This document shows positions 24,244 through 29,026 of a stretch of DNA of 29,026 nt, in pieces. Position 1 is the first letter of the stretch, and the number at the start of each line of letters is the position of its first letter. Location: assembly GCA_046485285.1 (NCBI GenBank), contig JAWOHE010000041.1, positions 1-29,026 of the forward strand. Direction: 5' to 3'. Both the position numbers and the translations under genes were made by a program. The DNA is from a bacterium (lineage in GTDB: Bacteria > Hydrothermota > Tepidihabitantia > Tepidihabitantales > Tepidihabitantaceae). The notes beneath the pieces were generated by a model. It worked only from the letters and a program-made list of their open reading frames with translations, was not told the DNA's origin and searched no databases.

Positions 24244-24963
24244 CTAGTCCGGCCGCGCTACGGGCGCGGGAACGAGCTCGTAGATGGCGCGCATCATCGG
24301 GAAGCTGCCGTTGGACCAGCGCAGCCGCCCGGCCGCGACCTCGAGCCCGGCATCCTCGAACAGCTCTCGCCACTCGCCATCGTAGCGCAGCCGGATTCGG
24401 CCGTACTCGATGCCGTCCGGCCGGCGCACGAGGCAGTTGTACATCCGGTGATGGCCCCACTCGTAGAACCGCCGCCCGAACAACGGCAGGTCCTCGACCA
24501 CCAGCACCCGTCCCCGGCAGGTTCGCGCACACTCCCGGAGCAGGTCGCCGCCGCGCTCGGCGTGGTGGAGTACGTAACTCAGGAGCACGACGTCATAGCT
24601 CCGGTCCGGGAAGGGCAGGTGGACGCCGTCGAACACGGTGACCGGAATGTCGGTCTCGGACCGGTCGGCGATGTCCGCGCAGGTCACCCGCGCCCGCCTC
24701 ACCTTCCGCAGCGCACCGGCCAGCAGGCAGTCCCCTGCCCCAACGTCGAGCACGACCGCCTCGGCCGGGACCAGCCGGAGAACGTCGCCCCAGTGCAGGG
24801 ACGGAAACCTCGAGCACGACCACCGGTTCACCCGGCGCAGCGGCCGTTCCAGCCGCAGTACCAACGCCACCAGCCCGACCACGACCCCGACCGTGTGACT
24901 CAGCAGCAACACCGCACCGGTCCCGAGCGCGGAGAGACAGTAATCAAACCCGCGGCGGACCAT
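24244..24963 (-). CDS. class I SAM-dependent methyltransferase with hydrophobic N-terminus
   Basis: VLDVGAGDC, FDGVHLPFPDRSYDVVLLSYVLHH, VLVVED; start uncertain (24963 or 24978). Confidence 0.85.
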   Translation of the reverse strand: MVRRGFDYCLSALGTGAVLLLSHTVGVVVGLVALVLRLERPLRRVNRWSCSRFPSLHWGDVLRLVPAEAVVLDVGAGDCLLAGALRKVRRARVTCADIADRSETDIPVTVFDGVHLPFPDRSYDVVLLSYVLHHAERGGDLLRECARTCRGRVLVVEDLPLFGRRFYEWGHHRMYNCLVRRPDGIEYGRIRLRYDGEWRELFEDAGLEVAAGRLRWSNGSFPMMRAIYELVPAPVARPD

Positions 24964-24974
24964 TGACCGGCTGT

Positions 24975-25063
24975 TCACTTGCCCTTCGTGTCTTCGCCCC
25001 TCTGTCCATTTGTCCCTTCCCTTTGTCATCCTTCCCTGCTCCCTTCGCGCTCTTCGTCCCTCC
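24975..25063. repeat. pyrimidine-rich degenerate short-repeat spacer
   Basis: CTTCGTGT CTTCGCCC CTCTGTCC ATTTGTCC CTTCC CTTTGTC...CTTCGCGCT CTTCGTCC. Confidence 0.55.
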
Positions 25064-25068
25064 GCCGG

Positions 25069-26244
25069 CTACCCGGGCGCCGAACCGTCATCCTCGACGA
25101 GAAGCTCGGCCGGCGCGGCCAGGCTCATGAACTGGACCAGGCTCATCGAGAACCCGTACGCGCCCGCATTAGCGATGGCGATGACGTCGCCCGGCTCCGG
25201 CTCGGGCAGGCGGACGTCCCGGGCCAGACAGTCAATCGGCGTGCAGATCGGCCCGCAGACATCGCAGGTCGTGGTCGCCGGCCAGCCCGGCTTGTTGGCG
25301 ATTCGCGCCTCGTGCTGGACCCGCATCACCACTGGCCGGCTGAACGCGTTCATACCCCCGTCGGTAATGACGATGACCCGGCCGCGCGACCGCTTCACCC
25401 GCACGACCCGGGTCAGGAACGTCCCCGCCTCGGCGACGAGGAACCGGCCCGACTCGACCAGCAGTCGGCAGTCACGCGGCAGGCTCGCGCGCGCGGCCGC
25501 CGCCGCCGCGCCGACCGCCGCGAGGTCCAGCTCCGGCTCGTCCGGCGCGTAGGGCAGGCCAAACCCGCCGCCGAAGTCGACCGTCTCGAGCCGGGTGCCG
25601 AGCTCGCCCGCCAGTTGCCGGGCTAGCTCCGCGACGTAGCCGAAATGCCCGCCGAGCCAGTCCGCATCCAGCACCTGGCTCGACGAGTAGACTTGGATGC
25701 CGGCGATGCGGCACCGCCCGAGCCCGACCGCGCGGACCTGCGCCGCGGCCTCCTCCTCGTCGAACCCGAACTTGCCCGGCCCGCCGACCATCTTCTCCCG
25801 CCCGGTCGGCCGCTCGTTGGTGTTGATGCGCAGGAGCAGGCGAACGTCCCTGCCGGCCTGCCATGCCGCCCGCTCGCACAGCTCGAGGTCTTCCGGACAG
25901 TCACAGGCGATGGCGTGGATGCCGGCCGAGACCGCCCGGGCCACGGTCGCCGGCGGCTTGGCCGGCGCGACGTAGACGATGTCGTCCGGCGCGCACCCGG
26001 CCGCCAGCGCGGTCTCAAGCTCGCCGAGCGAACTCACCTCAGCCCCCGCACCCGCGCGGAGCAGAATCCGGACCACCTCCCGGTGCGGGTTGGCCTTCAA
26101 CGAGTAGAACACCCCGTAGCCCGCCAGCGCGTTTGCCAGCCGCGCGTACTGCCGCCGCATCACCGCCGCCGAATAGACGTAGCACGGGGTCGCCAGCGAA
26201 CTCAAGTCAGGAACAGACAAGGTGAATCCTCGTTCAGAGTTCAC
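25069..26244 (-). CDS. fold-type III PLP-dependent decarboxylase (DAP decarboxylase superfamily, BtrK-like)
   Basis: TPCYVY, YSLKANP, EVSSLGE, LRIN, KFG, DFGGGFG.PY, ESGRFLV, DGGMN, GPICTPID, AGAYG; start uncertain. Confidence 0.88.
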   Translation of the reverse strand: MNSERGFTLSVPDLSSLATPCYVYSAAVMRRQYARLANALAGYGVFYSLKANPHREVVRILLRAGAGAEVSSLGELETALAAGCAPDDIVYVAPAKPPATVARAVSAGIHAIACDCPEDLELCERAAWQAGRDVRLLLRINTNERPTGREKMVGGPGKFGFDEEEAAAQVRAVGLGRCRIAGIQVYSSSQVLDADWLGGHFGYVAELARQLAGELGTRLETVDFGGGFGLPYAPDEPELDLAAVGAAAAAARASLPRDCRLLVESGRFLVAEAGTFLTRVVRVKRSRGRVIVITDGGMNAFSRPVVMRVQHEARIANKPGWPATTTCDVCGPICTPIDCLARDVRLPEPEPGDVIAIANAGAYGFSMSLVQFMSLAAPAELLVEDDGSAPG

Positions 26245-26264
26245 AGTACGTCCCGCCGCATGCA

Positions 26265-26303
26265 GTCATTTCGCCCGGAGCGCAGCGGAGTGGAGAAATC
26301 CCT
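26265..26303 (+). repeat. REP-like element, copy 2
   Basis: GTCATTTCGCCCGGAGCGCAGCGGAGTGGAGAAATCCCT; same ends as 8807-8835. Confidence 0.65.
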
Positions 26304-26377
26304 TGCCAGTTTCTGAAGTTCGTGGTTCAAGGTTCTTGGTGCTTCGTGCCTTCGTGTTGAATCCGCCGGTCCCTTCC

Positions 26378-27190
26378 TCACGCTTCCCTCTTCCGGAACA
26401 CCTCGATCCGGCTCACGCCCTGGAAGATGTAGAACGGGAACGGCTCGCCGACGACCGTGTCGACGCCCAGTGACCGGCAATACTCCTCGCCGAAGTTCGC
26501 CCCGGTCTCGCAGAACAGGAGCAGCTTCGCCCCGCCCGCGCGCGCCGCCTCGATAATCGGCCCGAGCGCGTCGGTCGCAATCGTCATCCCGGTCACGATC
26601 GCAAGGTCGCTCTCCGCCACCCGCTCAAAGGTCCGGGTCCCGTCCTCGACCAGCACGCCGTGGACGCGCTGGCCGACCGTCTCCGGCTCGAGGTCGGTCG
26701 CCAGCACCTCGCACCCCTGGCCGCACAGCTCGCGGATGACGTTGCCGACCACCCCGACGTTGACGACCCTCGGCCGGCGGCCGGTTATCGGCGCCAGCAG
26801 CCGCCGCGCCTCGCCGGCGATGACCGCGGTCCGGGTGTCGGTCTTCTCGACCGAGTTGCCGCGGAGCTCGTGCGCCGCGGCCGGGAACTTCGGTATCGAG
26901 GCGTAGACCGAGTCGAGCGCGGCGATCGAGATGCAGGTCTGGAGATCTAGGATTCCCCGCGCGTCGGTCCCGACCAGGCTGTGCCCGCGCTCGTCGTCGC
27001 CGACGCAGTAACAGCACCCCTGCCCCAGCGTCTGGACCAGCCAGAACGTGTAGCGGAATGTCCGCTCGGCCGGGTTGGGCCGGAACGCGAGCTCGACCTT
27101 CCACATCCCCCGGATCAGGAACCGATCGTCCGGCCAGTCCCGCGTCGTCTCGAGCCCCCGTTCGCGCAGCAGCGTGAAGACGTCAATCAC
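26378..27190 (-). CDS. DUF364-like (Rossmann-like, putative metal-chelation) protein
   Basis: GQGCCYC, IAALDS, VVNVGVVG, DLAIVTGMT, ETGAN, EPFPFY.F.G; GTGA coupling to the upstream gene. Confidence 0.72.
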   Translation of the reverse strand: MIDVFTLLRERGLETTRDWPDDRFLIRGMWKVELAFRPNPAERTFRYTFWLVQTLGQGCCYCVGDDERGHSLVGTDARGILDLQTCISIAALDSVYASIPKFPAAAHELRGNSVEKTDTRTAVIAGEARRLLAPITGRRPRVVNVGVVGNVIRELCGQGCEVLATDLEPETVGQRVHGVLVEDGTRTFERVAESDLAIVTGMTIATDALGPIIEAARAGGAKLLLFCETGANFGEEYCRSLGVDTVVGEPFPFYIFQGVSRIEVFRKREA

Positions 27191-28185
27191 TCGAACACCT
27201 CCCCAGTCGCCTGGCCCGCGCCCCCGTCCCCGTCGCTCGGGACCGGGCGCGGCGGGGCCGTGAACGCCCCGTCGGCCACCGGCGCGGCCAACCCCGGGCA
27301 GATGCTCTCCAGCCAGCGACCGACCGCGGCCGCGAGCTTGTCCTCGTGGCCGAGGTAGTTGTGCGGCGCGCCCTCGATGACCGCGCAGTGGAACGACGGC
27401 GCGTTCGCGAGCGCGTCCGCGGCCCGGTCCACGAAGACCGCAGCCGGCAGGGTGAACGCCTCGGCCTCGGTCCCGACCGCCAGGAACGCCGGCACCCGGA
27501 CCGACACGAGCTCCGGGAACTCCTCCCGGTCGGTCCGGCTCAGGTTGAAGCTGAGCGCGATCGAGCCCGGCCGGAGGCAGTCGTGGAACGTCGCGGCCGA
27601 GGTTGGGTGCGGGTAGCAGGCATCCGGCATCAGCTCGCCGCCACGGCCGTTCGCGACCAGCTCCGCGGCCAGCTCCCGCCCGGCCTCGAACCGGTCGCCG
27701 AGCCGCTCGCGCGCCACCGCGAGATCATCCGAGGGCGAGAGCAGCGCCAGCGCGGCGACCCGCGGGTCGCCGGTCACGTGGAGATAGTGAAGCGCCTTGA
27801 GCGCGCCGTGGCTGTGGCCCTCGAGCACCAGCCGCCGGTGGCCCCGGCCGGAGAGCCACGCGAGCGCGGCCCGGATGTCCTCGACACACTCGCCCAGCGT
27901 CTCGTGCATCCCGCCCCCCTGCCGGTAGCAGGCCGGCTGGCCCTCGCCGCCGTCGACGAGCAGGTCGGCGAGGTAGTCGTGGCCGCGGTTGTTGAAGGTC
28001 AGGAACCCGAGGCCCCGGTATCGGCACGACGCCGCGAGCGCGTCGATGAACCGGTTCTCGTAGAAATTGCCGTCCAGCCCGTGCACGTGCGCCAGCGCCG
28101 GCGCGCCCGCGCGCTCGGCCGGAACGTACAGCCCCTGCAGCTCGAGGCCGTCCGAGGTCAGAAAGCGGACAAACTCACAGTTCAT
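27187..28185 (-). CDS. alpha/beta hydrolase (DUF1749-like)
   Basis: T.DGLELQGLY, HVHG..GNFY, NNRGHD, nucleophile elbow GHSHG, LLSP.D, IEGAPHNY; ATG 28185. Confidence 0.88.
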   Translation of the reverse strand: MNCEFVRFLTSDGLELQGLYVPAERAGAPALAHVHGLDGNFYENRFIDALAASCRYRGLGFLTFNNRGHDYLADLLVDGGEGQPACYRQGGGMHETLGECVEDIRAALAWLSGRGHRRLVLEGHSHGALKALHYLHVTGDPRVAALALLSPSDDLAVARERLGDRFEAGRELAAELVANGRGGELMPDACYPHPTSAATFHDCLRPGSIALSFNLSRTDREEFPELVSVRVPAFLAVGTEAEAFTLPAAVFVDRAADALANAPSFHCAVIEGAPHNYLGHEDKLAAAVGRWLESICPGLAAPVADGAFTAPPRPVPSDGDGGAGQATGEVFE

Positions 28186-28203
28186 CGGCAAAACTCCGGC
28201 AAG

Positions 28204-28308
28204 ATGGTAGCAGGCCGAATGCCCGGCGCAACCCGCGCGACCGCACCCCGGCCGCGACCGGACGCATCCACGGCGCGATCTTGACAGCCCGCTCCGCCGG
28301 CCTACGCT
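28204..28308. promoter_or_regulatory. divergent sigma70-like promoter pair
   Basis: Minus strand TTGCGC-N16-TACCAT (28231-28204); plus strand TTGACA-N16-TACGCT (28281-28308). Confidence 0.55.
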
Positions 28309-28327
28309 TGAGTCAGACGAGGACACG

Positions 28328-29026
28328 ATGCGCGCGCTGCTGATGGCCGTCTTCCTGACCGGCGTCCTGCCGGCCGGGCCGCTCGTGCTCGACAGTGCCG
28401 ACCTCGCCCGCTCGCGTTTGTTCCCGGACCTCGCGGCGCTCCACGCCATCGTCCCGGAAACCTTCGACTCGGCGCCGGTCGTCGACCTCCTGCTGGCCGG
28501 CGGCGAGGTCATCCGCATCCCGGTTACCGGCAACGAGGTCGTCATCATCCGCGCGCTCGCCGCCGAGCCGCTGCCCGGCTCGACCGCGCTCGACAACTTC
28601 TGGCTCCGGATGCGCCTCCGCGCCCGCGCCCCCCGCGACCCGCTCCACGAGCACCGGCTGTTCTGGACCAACCGCGGCGCGTGGCTCGGTGCCGGCGCCG
28701 GCGGCTGTGCCGCCGCCAACACCGCGGTCCACTACGTCGGGGAAACCGGCGGCTGCGTGAACACGAGCATGTGGCGCATCGACTTCCCGACCTACTGGCT
28801 GATATCCTGCGGCGCGACCGGGCTCGGCGCCGGCGCGGGCTGCCTTGCCGGCGGTCGCGAGGACCGCCGGCCCGCCGCGTTGAGCTTCCCGGAGTCGCAC
28901 GGCCACCGGGCCGACTGGACGGTCGGCGGGGCGCTGCTCGGCGGCATCGCCGGCTACACCTTCTTCCTGCTCGCCGGCCCGACCCTCTTCGGCCGCATCG
29001 AGTGGGTCGACCGGGTTGTCAACGAC
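28328..29026 (+). CDS. hypothetical exported/membrane protein with glycine-rich hydrophobic segments (runs off the window)
   Basis: GAGGA RBS; MRALLMAVFLTGVLPAGPLVLDS... stays open to the end of the window; GAWLGAGAGG and GGALLGGIAG segments. Confidence 0.7.
   Translation, partial: MRALLMAVFLTGVLPAGPLVLDSADLARSRLFPDLAALHAIVPETFDSAPVVDLLLAGGEVIRIPVTGNEVVIIRALAAEPLPGSTALDNFWLRMRLRARAPRDPLHEHRLFWTNRGAWLGAGAGGCAAANTAVHYVGETGGCVNTSMWRIDFPTYWLISCGATGLGAGAGCLAGGREDRRPAALSFPESHGHRADWTVGGALLGGIAGYTFFLLAGPTLFGRIEWVDRVVND

Noticed and set aside
25069..26244. Gene symbol lysA
   Set aside because: Active-site motifs (CTPID, QVYSSSQ) differ from canonical LysA, so the substrate is not established.

Overview
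A 29 kb, very GC-rich bacterial chromosomal segment. A TonB-dependent receptor with a DUF4249 lipoprotein points to a diderm; the gene style suggests an FCB-related candidate lineage such as WOR-3, which is inference only. Content is mostly housekeeping and envelope genes: nth, tRNA-Gly(CCC), a TYW1-like radical SAM gene, an HD-domain tRNA nucleotidyltransferase, a glutaredoxin-like/YHS pair, a transformylase-only purH, an iron-sulfur flavoprotein, mnmA, an ECF sigma/ZAS anti-sigma/RseC module, a nitroreductase, a sulfite-oxidase-family protein and tldD/pmbA. A four-gene cluster of unknown function (alpha/beta hydrolase, DUF364-like protein, BtrK-like PLP decarboxylase, methyltransferase) lies near the right end, and a probable transposase tail at the left edge. 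The most notable observations are: a tandem duplication of the tRNA-Gly 5' half breaking at position 37/38; a ~100 bp three-hairpin dispersed repeat, one copy of which supplies a protein C-terminus; a Mo-enzyme with Ser at the Mo-ligand Cys position; a nucleotidyltransferase that looks CC-adding only; and ten sigma70-like promoters, mostly with 16 bp spacers, several apparently leaderless. No CRISPR array, prophage or defence system is evident. All family calls come from motif recognition by eye, not database searches.
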